A stretch of DNA of 64,000 bases from Candidatus Eutrophomonas brisbanensis (GTDB lineage: Bacteria; Pseudomonadota; Gammaproteobacteria; Burkholderiales; Eutrophovitaceae), in the NCBI GenBank assembly GCA_038141705.1, contig JAYQIQ010000004.1, positions 120,539 to 184,538 of the forward strand, given 5' to 3'. The notes under the pieces are model-generated. The model worked only from the letters and a program-made list of their open reading frames with translations, was not told where the DNA came from and made no database searches. Positions within the stretch are counted from its first letter, which is position 1. Each line of letters opens with the position of its first letter. Positions 55,401 to 64,000 of this stretch are shown in pieces. The position numbers were made by a program, and so were the translations under genes.

Positions 55401-55435
55401 CTGCCAATAAAAATGCACTTTAATAGAGCGAAATA

Positions 55436-55882
55436 ATGGAGAAGAATATGAAACCCACGCTCGTAGAGGGTTTAAAACACACCCACCAATTTACTGTTTC
55501 GGAAAATAAGACCGTTCCCAATCTTTATCCCGAGTCAGACCTATTCCAAGATATGCCAAACGTCTTTGCGACGGGATTCATGGTCGGGCTTTTGGAATGG
55601 GGGTGCATTGAATTGATTAGGAACCACCTTGACTGGCCTCACGAGCAAACTCTCGGTATCCACGTTAATTTTTCACACTTATCCCCGACGCTCCCAGGCA
55701 TGACAGTCACTGTGGACTCCGAGCTTACAAAAATAGAGGGCAGAAAATTGACATTTAAAGTTCGCGCCCATGATGGCATTGATACCATTTCAGAGGGGAT
55801 CCATGAACGCGCGATCATCTCGCGCGAAAAATTCTTAGAAAAACTCGAGCAAAAAAACAGAAAATTACCTAACGCTACTTAG
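55436..55882 (+). CDS. Hotdog-fold thioesterase family protein (FlK-like)
   Basis: 148 aa with ..VFATGFMVGLLEWGCIE.. and ..GRKLTFKVRAHDG..ISEGIHERAII, typical of this thioesterase subfamily. Confidence 0.65.
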   Translation: MEKNMKPTLVEGLKHTHQFTVSENKTVPNLYPESDLFQDMPNVFATGFMVGLLEWGCIELIRNHLDWPHEQTLGIHVNFSHLSPTLPGMTVTVDSELTKIEGRKLTFKVRAHDGIDTISEGIHERAIISREKFLEKLEQKNRKLPNAT

Positions 55883-57053
55883 CTAGCTCCTTCATCGCTT
55901 TTTCCAGACCATCGATCGTGAGGGTATACATACGATCCCCCATTAAATCCTTGGTCATACGTATTGACTCGTGGTAGCGCCAACGATCCATTGGGGTCGG
56001 ATTAATCCAAGCGGATTTTTCATATGTTTTTAATAGTCGATCTATCCATACAGACCCTGCCTCCTCGTTGAAGTGCTCCACACTTCCTCCGGGGTAGGCG
56101 ATCTCATAGGGACTCATCGTTGCATCCCCAACAAATATAAGCTTGTAATCCGGACCATATTTATTGATGACTTGCATGGTCGGGATTCGCTCACTATTCC
56201 GGCGATAGTTATCTTTCCAAACGGACTCATACACAAAATTATGAAAGTAGAAATATTCTAAGTGCTTGAATTCTGACCTGGCAGCTGAAAACAACTCCTC
56301 ACAAACGCGCACATAGTCATCCATAGAGCCGCCCACATCTAAAAAGAGCAATACCTTCACGGCATTATGCTTCTCAGGAACCATCTTGATATCGAGATAT
56401 CCCGCGTTTCGTGCAGTCGATCGTATCGTGTCGTCTAGATCTAATTCATCTGCTGCCCCTTCTATCGCAAACCGACGCAATCGCTTCAATGCAACTTTAA
56501 TATTTCGTGTACCGATCTCGATACTGTCATCGAGATTACGAAATTCGCGTTTGTCCCAAACTTTGACGGCACGCCGATTACGCGAACCGTCCTGACCAAT
56601 CCGCACTCCTTCTGGGTTATATCCATAAGCACCAAATGGGCTTCGACCAGCCGTACCAATCCACTTGGAACCCCCTTGATGTCGTTTTTTTTGCTCTTCT
56701 AATCTCTTCTTGAGTGTCTCCATTAGCTTTTCCCAACCACCAAGGGAATCCACTAATTTTTTCTCTTCATCACTCAATTGAAGTTCCAATTGCTTGCGAA
56801 GCCATTCCTCAGGAATGCGGTCAAGGAAATCTGCAGGGATTGACTCTAGTCCATTGAAATAATCAGCAAAAACTTTATCGAATCGGTCGTAATGGGATTC
56901 ATCCTTCACGAGTGATGCCCTAGATAGGAAGTAAAAGTTATCTACCGTCTCGCTCGCTACCCTTTTATCAAGGGCCTCAACTAAAGTTAAGTACTCCTTA
57001 ATCGAAACTGGAATACCTCCCTCTTTTAATCGATAGAAGAAGTCAATCAACAT
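55875..57053 (-). CDS. VWA-domain protein (CoxE-like), partner of the adjacent MoxR ATPase
   Basis: 392 aa. The N-terminus is MLIDFFYRLKEGGIPVSIKEYL and the C-terminal VWA region has LFLDVGGSMD. Confidence 0.8.
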   Translation of the reverse strand: MLIDFFYRLKEGGIPVSIKEYLTLVEALDKRVASETVDNFYFLSRASLVKDESHYDRFDKVFADYFNGLESIPADFLDRIPEEWLRKQLELQLSDEEKKLVDSLGGWEKLMETLKKRLEEQKKRHQGGSKWIGTAGRSPFGAYGYNPEGVRIGQDGSRNRRAVKVWDKREFRNLDDSIEIGTRNIKVALKRLRRFAIEGAADELDLDDTIRSTARNAGYLDIKMVPEKHNAVKVLLFLDVGGSMDDYVRVCEELFSAARSEFKHLEYFYFHNFVYESVWKDNYRRNSERIPTMQVINKYGPDYKLIFVGDATMSPYEIAYPGGSVEHFNEEAGSVWIDRLLKTYEKSAWINPTPMDRWRYHESIRMTKDLMGDRMYTLTIDGLEKAMKELAK

Positions 57054-57062
57054 TTAACTAAC

Positions 57063-57911
57063 CTAGCTCGCACGCTTTGATAAAAATACGAGGCGCTCAA
57101 AAAGGTGTACGTCTTGCTCATTTTTTAGGAGCGCACCCGCAAGCGGCGGGATGGTTTTGCGGTTATCACTAGACTGCAACGCCTCAACCGGAATATCCTC
57201 TGACAACAAAAGTTTCAACCAATCAAGCAATTCAGAAGTTGATGGCTTTTTCTTTAATCCTGGTATTTCTCGAATATCAAAAAATACCTCCAGCGCCTGC
57301 TGTAACAACGCTTTTTTAACACCCGGAAAATGCACATCAACGATTTTTTTCATAGTTTCCCTATCTGGAAAACGGATGTAATGAAAAAAGCATCGACGCA
57401 AGAACGCATCTGGGAGATCTTTTTCATTGTTACTCGTGATGATAATAACGGGGCGCTTTTTAGCCTTTACGAGCTGCTTCGTTTCATACACATAAAATTC
57501 CATACGATCCAGCTCACGCAGCAAATCATTTGGAAATTCGATATCAGCTTTGTCAATCTCATCAATCAAAACTACCGCAGACTCATCTGAATCGAACGCC
57601 TCCCATAAAGGCCCTCGAACGATGTAATTCCCAATATCTTTGACTTTCTCATCACCGAGCTGAGAGTCCCGTAGCCTTGAGACCGCGTCGTACTCATAAA
57701 GACCTTGCTGTGCCTTTGAAGTCGACTTGATGTGCCACTGTACTAGTGGTCGCTCGAGCGCATCAGCAACTTCTAGCGCCAGCATGGTTTTACCCGTACC
57801 AGGCTCCCCCTTGATCAAAAGCGGCCTCTCGAGGGAGACGGCTGCGTTAACCGCCATCATGAGATCTTCTCCTGCTACATAATTACTCGTTCCCGTAAAT
57901 CTATCTGACAT
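57063..57911 (-). CDS. MoxR-family AAA+ ATPase
   Basis: 282 aa with Walker A GEPGTGKTMLA and Walker B VVLIDEIDKA. It shows the AAA_5-type architecture. Confidence 0.85.
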   Translation of the reverse strand: MSDRFTGTSNYVAGEDLMMAVNAAVSLERPLLIKGEPGTGKTMLALEVADALERPLVQWHIKSTSKAQQGLYEYDAVSRLRDSQLGDEKVKDIGNYIVRGPLWEAFDSDESAVVLIDEIDKADIEFPNDLLRELDRMEFYVYETKQLVKAKKRPVIIITSNNEKDLPDAFLRRCFFHYIRFPDRETMKKIVDVHFPGVKKALLQQALEVFFDIREIPGLKKKPSTSELLDWLKLLLSEDIPVEALQSSDNRKTIPPLAGALLKNEQDVHLFERLVFLSKRAS

Positions 57912-58023
57912 CTTGAATTTCCACGTGTTTAATATTCAACCTACAAGGTTAGCAAAATCTGGCTGTCACCGAACCAATCTCGAAAAACCACTTAAAATCC
58001 AGCATCACTGGGAGAAAAATCAA

Positions 58024-58800
58024 ATGCCTAAATTCAATGCAAACCTATCGATGCTTTTTAATGAAGTCGATTTTCTTGATCGATTTTCAAGGGCAAAACG
58101 CTCTGGATTTAGAGGGGTGGAATTTCTTTTTCCGTATGCTTTTGAGGCGAACGAGATTTTAGATAAATTGCAAGAAAATCAACTTGAAATGGTTTTATTT
58201 AACCTCCCACCCGGCGACTTTGAAAATGGCGACCGTGGATTGGCCGTAGACCCCAGACGCAAGGGAGAATTCCAAGATAGCGTCGATCGAGCGATTGAAT
58301 ACGCGAGAGCGCTGAATTGCTCACAGCTACATTGTATGGCTGGCTTAACCCCCGATGAGTTTGAGGCAAATACGCTCACTGAAAATTACATTTCTAATAT
58401 CCAATTTGCCGCGGACGTTTGTAAAACTCACAACATCGACATATTAATCGAAGCCATTAATACGAGAGACATCCCGGGATACTTCTTGAATTATTCGTCA
58501 CAGGCTCTCGATGTTCTATCGAAGGTCAATCGACCTAATACATATTTTCAGTATGACATTTATCACATGCAAATCATGGAAGGGGATTTAATCCCAACGA
58601 TTCAAAGAATCCTCCCTATGATTAAGCATATGCAATTAGCGGATACCCCGGGACGGCACGAGCCAGGAACTGGAGAAATAAACTACGGCAATCTCTTTAA
58701 TGCAATCGATGAGATGGGGTATGACGGTTGGATTGGTTGTGAATATCGACCAAAAGAAAATACGGAGGATGGTCTATCTTGGATAAAACCGTACCTCTGA
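58024..58800 (+). CDS. hyi: Hydroxypyruvate isomerase
   Basis: The Met at 58024 gives MPKFNANLSMLFNEVDFLDRF.. and the C-terminus has GWIGCEYRP. The track start at 57913 is an upstream extension. Confidence 0.9.
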   Translation: MPKFNANLSMLFNEVDFLDRFSRAKRSGFRGVEFLFPYAFEANEILDKLQENQLEMVLFNLPPGDFENGDRGLAVDPRRKGEFQDSVDRAIEYARALNCSQLHCMAGLTPDEFEANTLTENYISNIQFAADVCKTHNIDILIEAINTRDIPGYFLNYSSQALDVLSKVNRPNTYFQYDIYHMQIMEGDLIPTIQRILPMIKHMQLADTPGRHEPGTGEINYGNLFNAIDEMGYDGWIGCEYRPKENTEDGLSWIKPYL

Positions 58801-58864
58801 AGCAACGTATACTTCTGAAAATTAAAATAGATTCATCAATATCAAATCTACCGAGGTAAAAAGA

Positions 58865-59746
58865 ATGAAAATTGGTTTTATTGGACTTGGCATCATGGGT
58901 AAACCAATGGCGTCTCAAGTCATTAAAGGTGGTTACGAAGTATTTTTATTTTCGAGGACCTCTGTACCATCAGAGCTGACTGAACTTGGAGGGACCGCCT
59001 GCGCCAGCGCAGTGGATGTCGCTACAGCAGCCGATATTGTGATGCTGATGGTGCCGGATACGCCCGATGTTGAGAAAGTTCTTTTTGGTCAGGACGGCAT
59101 CGCAAGCTCTCTTTCCCCAGGCAAAACGATCGTTGACATGAGCTCGATCTCCCCTATCGCCACCAATGAATTCGCTAAAAAAATTCAAGATCTTGGGTGT
59201 GGCTATATTGACGCACCTGTTTCTGGTGGGGAGGTTGGAGCGACCAATGCAACACTGACTATTATGGTCGGCGCCACTGAGCAAGATTTTGAAAAAGTAA
59301 AACCAATTTTTGAATTGATGGGAAAAAACATTACCCACGTAGGGGATGTCGGCGCAGGACAAGTCTGTAAAGTCGCAAATCAGGTAATCGTTGCTCTGAA
59401 CATCGAGGCTGTGAGCGAAGCATTACTCTTAGCCTCTAAAGCTGGAGTAGACCCAGAGCGCGTCAGGCAAGCACTTATGGGTGGATTTGCGTCTTCGAAA
59501 ATACTGGAAATTCATGGTGAGCGAATGATCAAGCGAACGTTTAATCCTGGATTTCGTATTGAGTTACACCAAAAGGATTTAAACCTTGCTCTTTCCACTG
59601 CGAAGAGTCTTGGTGTCTCACTTCCGAACACCTCGAACGCTCAAGAGTTATTCAATTCTTGCAAAGCGCATGGTGATCATGCAAAAGATCATTCGGCGAT
59701 GGTTACCGCCCTAGAACGTTTAGCCAATCACAGAGTTGATCAATGA
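58865..59746 (+). CDS. glxR: 2-hydroxy-3-oxopropionate (tartronate semialdehyde) reductase
   Basis: 293 aa with MKIGFIGLGIMGKPMA (Rossmann fold) and DAPVSGG. This is the beta-hydroxyacid dehydrogenase family. Confidence 0.9.
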   Translation: MKIGFIGLGIMGKPMASQVIKGGYEVFLFSRTSVPSELTELGGTACASAVDVATAADIVMLMVPDTPDVEKVLFGQDGIASSLSPGKTIVDMSSISPIATNEFAKKIQDLGCGYIDAPVSGGEVGATNATLTIMVGATEQDFEKVKPIFELMGKNITHVGDVGAGQVCKVANQVIVALNIEAVSEALLLASKAGVDPERVRQALMGGFASSKILEIHGERMIKRTFNPGFRIELHQKDLNLALSTAKSLGVSLPNTSNAQELFNSCKAHGDHAKDHSAMVTALERLANHRVDQ

Positions 59747-61008
59747 AAGATCGGCAATCTGAATTCCTTCGGGCACTTTTTAACGTTGCGATTGAGGCAG
59801 CTTTACCTGCAAAAACGATTCAACAACACATTCCGAAACCGCCAAAAGGTCGAACAATTGTAATTGGTTGCGGAAAAGCGGCAGCGACGATGGCAAGTTC
59901 ATTTGAACGCAGCTGGCAACACGAGTTGAGCGGACTAGTAGTTACGCGTTACGGACATAAAGTAGAAACCAGCCGTATAGAGGTTTTGGAGGCCTCCCAC
60001 CCGATACCTAATGAAGCCGGTATGGAGGCAACGACCCGAATTCTCGAGCTACTTACTGATACAACTGAAGATGATTTAGTCGTGTTTCTCGTCTCCGGCG
60101 GTGGATCTGCACTCTTCACGCTACCCGCGCCAGGCCTCACCTTACTAGACAAAATGGAGATTAATGCGGCCTTACTGAGTAGTGGTGCAAATATTACCGA
60201 GATGAATTGTGTAAGGAAACATCTCTCAGCAGTAAAAGGTGGGAGACTCGCGCGAGCAATCCATCCAGCGAAATGTTTAACACTAGCCATTTCTGATATT
60301 CCAGGTGATGAGCTCGCGGTGATTGCATCTGGGCCCACCACACCAGACCAAACAACATTCAGCGATGCGCTTGCAATCTTGAGTAAATACGGAATCACAA
60401 AACCTAAATCGGTGTTAGAACATTTACGAGCGGGTATAGACGAGACCCCAACGCACGAGGATCCCGCATTTGAGAACGTAGAGACGAAATTAATTTCCAC
60501 CCCGCAAATGTCTCTCGAGGCCGCTGCAGATCTCGCGAAGCAAAATGGATACACGCCGATTATTCTGGGTGATGCCATCGAGGGAGAAGCGCGCGAGGTC
60601 GCTCGAGTCATGGCAGCAATTACCAAACAAGTGATTCGGCATGGTCAACCATCCAAAGCTCCTTGTATCCTACTCTCCGGCGGAGAAACCACCGTGACTG
60701 TCAGAGGCAAGGGACGCGGCGGAAGAAATGTGGAATTTCTGCTCGCACTTTCTTTAGAGCTATCACACTACAAAAATGTATGGGCCCTCTCTGGTGATAC
60801 GGATGGGATTGACGGCACAGAAGAAAATGCTGGCGCAATTATTAACCCATCGACAATCCCGCGAGCGCTAGAGCTTGGTCTAGACGCCAAGGCAATGCTC
60901 GCGGATAATGATGGATATTCATTTTTCGAAGCGCTGAACGATCTCGTGATAACGGGTCCAACGCTTACCAATGTAAACGACTTTAGAGCCATTCTGATTG
61001 AATCCTAA
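59743..61008 (+). CDS. ttuD: Glycerate 2-kinase / hydroxypyruvate reductase family (DUF4147 + MOFRL; TtuD-like)
   Basis: 421 aa with GCGKAAATMA, LVSGGGSAL, SGGETTV and GTDGIDG blocks. Confidence 0.85.
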   Translation: MKDRQSEFLRALFNVAIEAALPAKTIQQHIPKPPKGRTIVIGCGKAAATMASSFERSWQHELSGLVVTRYGHKVETSRIEVLEASHPIPNEAGMEATTRILELLTDTTEDDLVVFLVSGGGSALFTLPAPGLTLLDKMEINAALLSSGANITEMNCVRKHLSAVKGGRLARAIHPAKCLTLAISDIPGDELAVIASGPTTPDQTTFSDALAILSKYGITKPKSVLEHLRAGIDETPTHEDPAFENVETKLISTPQMSLEAAADLAKQNGYTPIILGDAIEGEAREVARVMAAITKQVIRHGQPSKAPCILLSGGETTVTVRGKGRGGRNVEFLLALSLELSHYKNVWALSGDTDGIDGTEENAGAIINPSTIPRALELGLDAKAMLADNDGYSFFEALNDLVITGPTLTNVNDFRAILIES

Positions 61009-61013
61009 TTAAT

Positions 61014-62513
61014 ATGGGACACACCGAAGCACATTTAATCGAAAATCCGGTACCGAGTGCCACTAAACAAGAGCTCATCACAAAATTGAGTCGAGTTTTA
61101 GCGTCGGAGTGCCTGAAGCATTTAGAAGAGGATTTAAAACCGTTTGAATGCGATGGACTATCAGCCTACCCGAAGGTCCCAATGTTGGTCGCACTTCCAA
61201 CGTCTGAACACGAAGTTTGCGAAGTGCTTAAGATCTGCTATGAAAATAATGTTCCAGTCGTCTTCAGAGGCGCAGGGACTGGCCTATCAGGTGGTGCCAT
61301 ACCTTATGAGAAAGGACTTTTGTTAGTTCTATCAAAACTTAATAAGATTGTTCAAATTGATCCCGTTTCGAGAACTGCGATTGTTCAACCAGGAGTAAGG
61401 AACGCCGCGATCTCGCAAGCCAGCGCTAAACACAAACTCTATTACGCTCCAGATCCATCTAGTCAAATTGCTTGCTCGATTGGTGGCAATGTCGCGGAAA
61501 ATTCCGGTGGTGTGCACTGTCTCAAATACGGACTGACAGTTAACAACATTCTAAAAATCCGATTTGCAACAATCGAGGGCGACATCATAGAAATTGGCGC
61601 CGAAGGGCTCGATAGTCCTGGATATGATCTACTCGCTTTAATTACTGGATCCGAAGGATTACTCGGGGTCGTCACCGAGATTACCGTAAAACTACTCCCC
61701 TCTCCAGAACGGGCTCAGGTCGTAATGGCGGCATTTGACGACGTCGCGAAGGCCGGGAGAGCCGTTGGAGACATTATTGCGGCCGGCATCATTCCAGCAG
61801 GACTGGAAATGATGGATCAAAAAGCGACGGGCGCGGTTGAGCAATTCATAGGCGCCGGCTACCCGTTGGATGCGGCGGCCATCCTACTTTGCGAATCCGA
61901 TGGCACCGAAGAGGAAGTAGCAAATGAAATTGAAAAAACGATTGAAGTCTTAAACAAAGCGGGTGCGACAAAAATAGAAGTCTCTCGAGACGATGCGCAT
62001 CGCTTAAAATTGTGGGCTGGTAGAAAATCTGCATTCCCAGCTGTCGGGAGAATTCTTCCAGACTATTTTTGTATGGATGGAACCATCCCCAGAAAAAACG
62101 CTCCCTACGGTGCTGGAGCGGATCGCAGAAATGGAGACTACCTACAATTTACAGTGTGCGAACGTATTTCATGCAGGCGATGGTAACTTGCATCCGCTCA
62201 TCATGTTTGATGCAAATGATAAAGATCAGCTACGTCGCGCTGAACAGTATGGTGCCGCAATCCTCGAGCTCTGCGTCGAGGTAGGAGGCACGATCACGGG
62301 TGAACACGGAGTTGGGATGGAAAAAATCAATCAAATGTGCGTTCAATTCCAGCCTGACGAATTGTCATCGTTTCTTCAAATCAAAAAAGTTTCGACGAAA
62401 AAGGTCTACTCAATCCAGGTAAGGCAGTGCCAACACTAAATCGATGTGCAGAGTTTGGAATGATGCATGTACATCGAGGGGAAGAACGCTTCCCTGATCT
62501 TCCAAGATTTTAG
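61014..62513 (+). pseudogene. glcD: Glycolate oxidase subunit GlcD (FAD-binding PCMH type); two frameshifts in the C-terminal quarter
   Basis: ORF 61014..62186 ends ..DGTIPRKNAPYG.. and ORF 62077..62439 reads ..TLPTVLERI..NVFHAGDGNLHP... The third frame reads DEKGLLNPGKAVPTLNRCAEFGMMHVHRGEERFPDLPRF* (stop 62511-62513). The switches are at the A6 run 62093-62098 and the T3 run 62390-62392. Confidence 0.9.
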
Positions 62514-62535
62514 AGACTCAAACCAGAAATTTTCG

Positions 62536-63594
62536 ATGCAAGATATGGACTCGATCATTCTCGACCTTCGCGATCAACTAGCAAAGGCAAAGGAAAGTGG
62601 TGAAACCATTCGAATTCGAGGAGGTGGATCCAAAGACTTCTATGGATTATCGAAACAAGGAAAGACGCTAGAAACGACGGCATTAAGTGGGATCATCGAA
62701 TACGAACCAACCGAATTAGTGTTAACCGCTTATGCTGGAACACCTCTTTCAGAAATCGAAGCAGCACTTGCCCAAAATAATCAGATGCTACCGTTTGAAC
62801 CACCCTACTTTGGTGAAAACGCAACGTTTGGCGGTTGTATAGCAACGGGTTTATCCGGTCCGAGACGAGCCACAATGGGAGCAGTGCGGGATTTCGTGTT
62901 AGGGGTACGAATCCTCGATGGCAACGGAAAAGATTTAAGTTTCGGTGGAAAAGTCATGAAAAACGTGGCTGGCTTTGACGTTTCTCGCGTACTCACTGGC
63001 TCTAATGGAACCTTGGGTTTAATACTCTCCGCATCCGTGAAAGTACTCCCTAAACCTGAAGTGGAAAAAAGCGTTTGTTTTGTAATCGGTGAGAAAGAAG
63101 CGATCGTCAAGATGAATGAGATTGCAGGACTTCCAGTCCCGTTGTCTGGCAGCTGCTTTGATGGTGAAAAACTTGTAATTAGACTCTCCGGCGCTGGTGC
63201 AGCAGTTAGAGCTGGAATCGAAAGAATTGGTGGTGATGGTTTTAATGACCAAAACTTTTGGGACGAAGTAAAGGAGCAGCGACATCCTTTTTTCAGAAAA
63301 ACTGGAACACTCATTCGACTATCAATTAACAGTGCGTCACCGCCAATCGAGAACGAGCAAACCTTTTTAGAATGGAGTGGAAGTTTACGCTGGCTTTGGA
63401 GCTCACAAGATCTCCACCATTATCAAGAAATAGCAAAAACGCTGGGCGGCAACGCTTCAATATTTAGGTCAGACGTCACTTGTACTGAGATTATGAAGCT
63501 CTCTAGACCGATGATGAGACTTCAGGAAAAAGTCAAACAATCACTCGACCCACACGGTCTTTTCGGAAAAAACCGAATGTTTAAAGAATTCTAG
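62536..63594 (+). CDS. glcE: Glycolate oxidase subunit GlcE
   Basis: The Met at 62536 (MQDMDSIILDL..) begins a FAD-binding domain with IRIRGGGSKDFYG. The track start at 62467 overlaps the restored glcD end. Confidence 0.85.
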   Translation: MQDMDSIILDLRDQLAKAKESGETIRIRGGGSKDFYGLSKQGKTLETTALSGIIEYEPTELVLTAYAGTPLSEIEAALAQNNQMLPFEPPYFGENATFGGCIATGLSGPRRATMGAVRDFVLGVRILDGNGKDLSFGGKVMKNVAGFDVSRVLTGSNGTLGLILSASVKVLPKPEVEKSVCFVIGEKEAIVKMNEIAGLPVPLSGSCFDGEKLVIRLSGAGAAVRAGIERIGGDGFNDQNFWDEVKEQRHPFFRKTGTLIRLSINSASPPIENEQTFLEWSGSLRWLWSSQDLHHYQEIAKTLGGNASIFRSDVTCTEIMKLSRPMMRLQEKVKQSLDPHGLFGKNRMFKEF

Positions 63595-63611
63595 TAGCAC
63601 GGTCGATAAAG

Positions 63612-64000
63612 ATGAAAACGAATATCTCGCAACAACTACTAGACACGAGACAAGGTCGGGAAGCGAACGATATCCTTCGCGCTTGTGTGCACTGTGGTTT
63701 TTGCACAGCGACATGCCCGACTTATCAACTGCTGGGGGACGAACTCGACAGCCCCAGGGGACGGATCTATCTCATCAAAGAAATCCTCGAAGGCCAGAAG
63801 CCAACAATCGAGACACAAAAACACTTAGATCGTTGCTTGACGTGTCGCTCGTGTGAATCCACTTGTCCCTCTGGGGTTCAATATGGGCGCCTCGTGGATA
63901 TCGGACGAGAGATTGTAGAAAAAATGTATCTCGATCGCTCCTCGATAATGCAAAGCGAAATTTGCTCAACAAAATTATTCCAAATCCAAAGTTGTTTCGA
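63612..64000 (+). pseudogene. glcF: Glycolate oxidase Fe-S subunit GlcF; partial at the window edge, with a frameshift
   Basis: ATG 63612 gives MKTNISQQLLDT..CVHCGFCTATCPTY..CLTCRSCESTCPSG. After ..IVEK the frame changes and the alternative frame reads NVSRSLLDNAKRNLLNKIIPNPKLFR. The switch is at the A6 run 63919-63924. Confidence 0.85.

Noticed and set aside
55875-57911. The MoxR AAA+ / VWA pair as a novel system.
   Set aside because: This is a widespread, already described chaperone-like gene pair. Nothing in its sequence or context here looks unusual apart from an 8-nt convergent overlap with the thioesterase gene.
59949-60626. Long antisense ORFs inside well-supported genes: 225 aa opposite ttuD (59949-60626), 211 aa opposite ftsK (38281-38916), 203 aa opposite the yeeE pair (30497-31108) and 169 aa opposite glcE (62805-63314).
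   Set aside because: These are shadow ORFs on the strand opposite clearly homologous genes. Their translations are low-complexity (Ser/Pro/Arg-rich) and show no recognisable motifs.

Overview
This is a chromosomal segment of a moderately AT-rich proteobacterium, and most of it is housekeeping. The gene order is gamma/beta-proteobacterial in type: trxB / ftsK-lolA-rarA-serS, cysE-trmJ / suhB-mutS, and ccmABCDEFGHI. Left to right it contains: the end of an aminotransferase, a nuclease and small secreted proteins, two tRNA-Arg, lysC, tRNA-Ser, ispDF and mfd. Next comes a 10-gene Fe-S cluster locus (iscR-nifS-sufA-sufBCDS-sufU-nfu-Rieske), then cysE, trmJ, suhB, mutS and mltB. The complete ccm cytochrome c maturation operon follows, then a YeeE/YedE pair, an acyl-CoA dehydrogenase, tRNA-Ser, serS, rarA, lolA, ftsK, trxB, smr, glnB and nadE. 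A terminator-bounded accessory module lies at about 44.8-53.0 kb. In it, a PQQ dehydrogenase and a cytochrome c are divergent from ferredoxin-FAH-BKACE-PdxA2-DUF1537 kinase and two unrecognised secreted proteins. The window ends with a NUDIX hydrolase, amtB (with candidate sigma54/NtrC sites), a MoxR-VWA pair, and the glycolate/glyoxylate genes hyi-glxR-ttuD-glcDEF. I found no CRISPR array, transposase, integrase, prophage or recognisable defence system, and no convincing wholly new multi-gene system. The most interesting items are the 44.8-53 kb module with its atypical PQQ enzyme, a secreted protein carrying a duplicated 4-Cys domain, and an unusually heavy load of frameshifts. About 22 +/-1 frameshifts hit 19 conserved genes, including mutS and the essential ispD and ispF, and most sit in homopolymer runs. 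This pattern looks more like base-calling error than biology, but it needs checking. All calls rest on reading the translations and motifs by eye. No database search was run.
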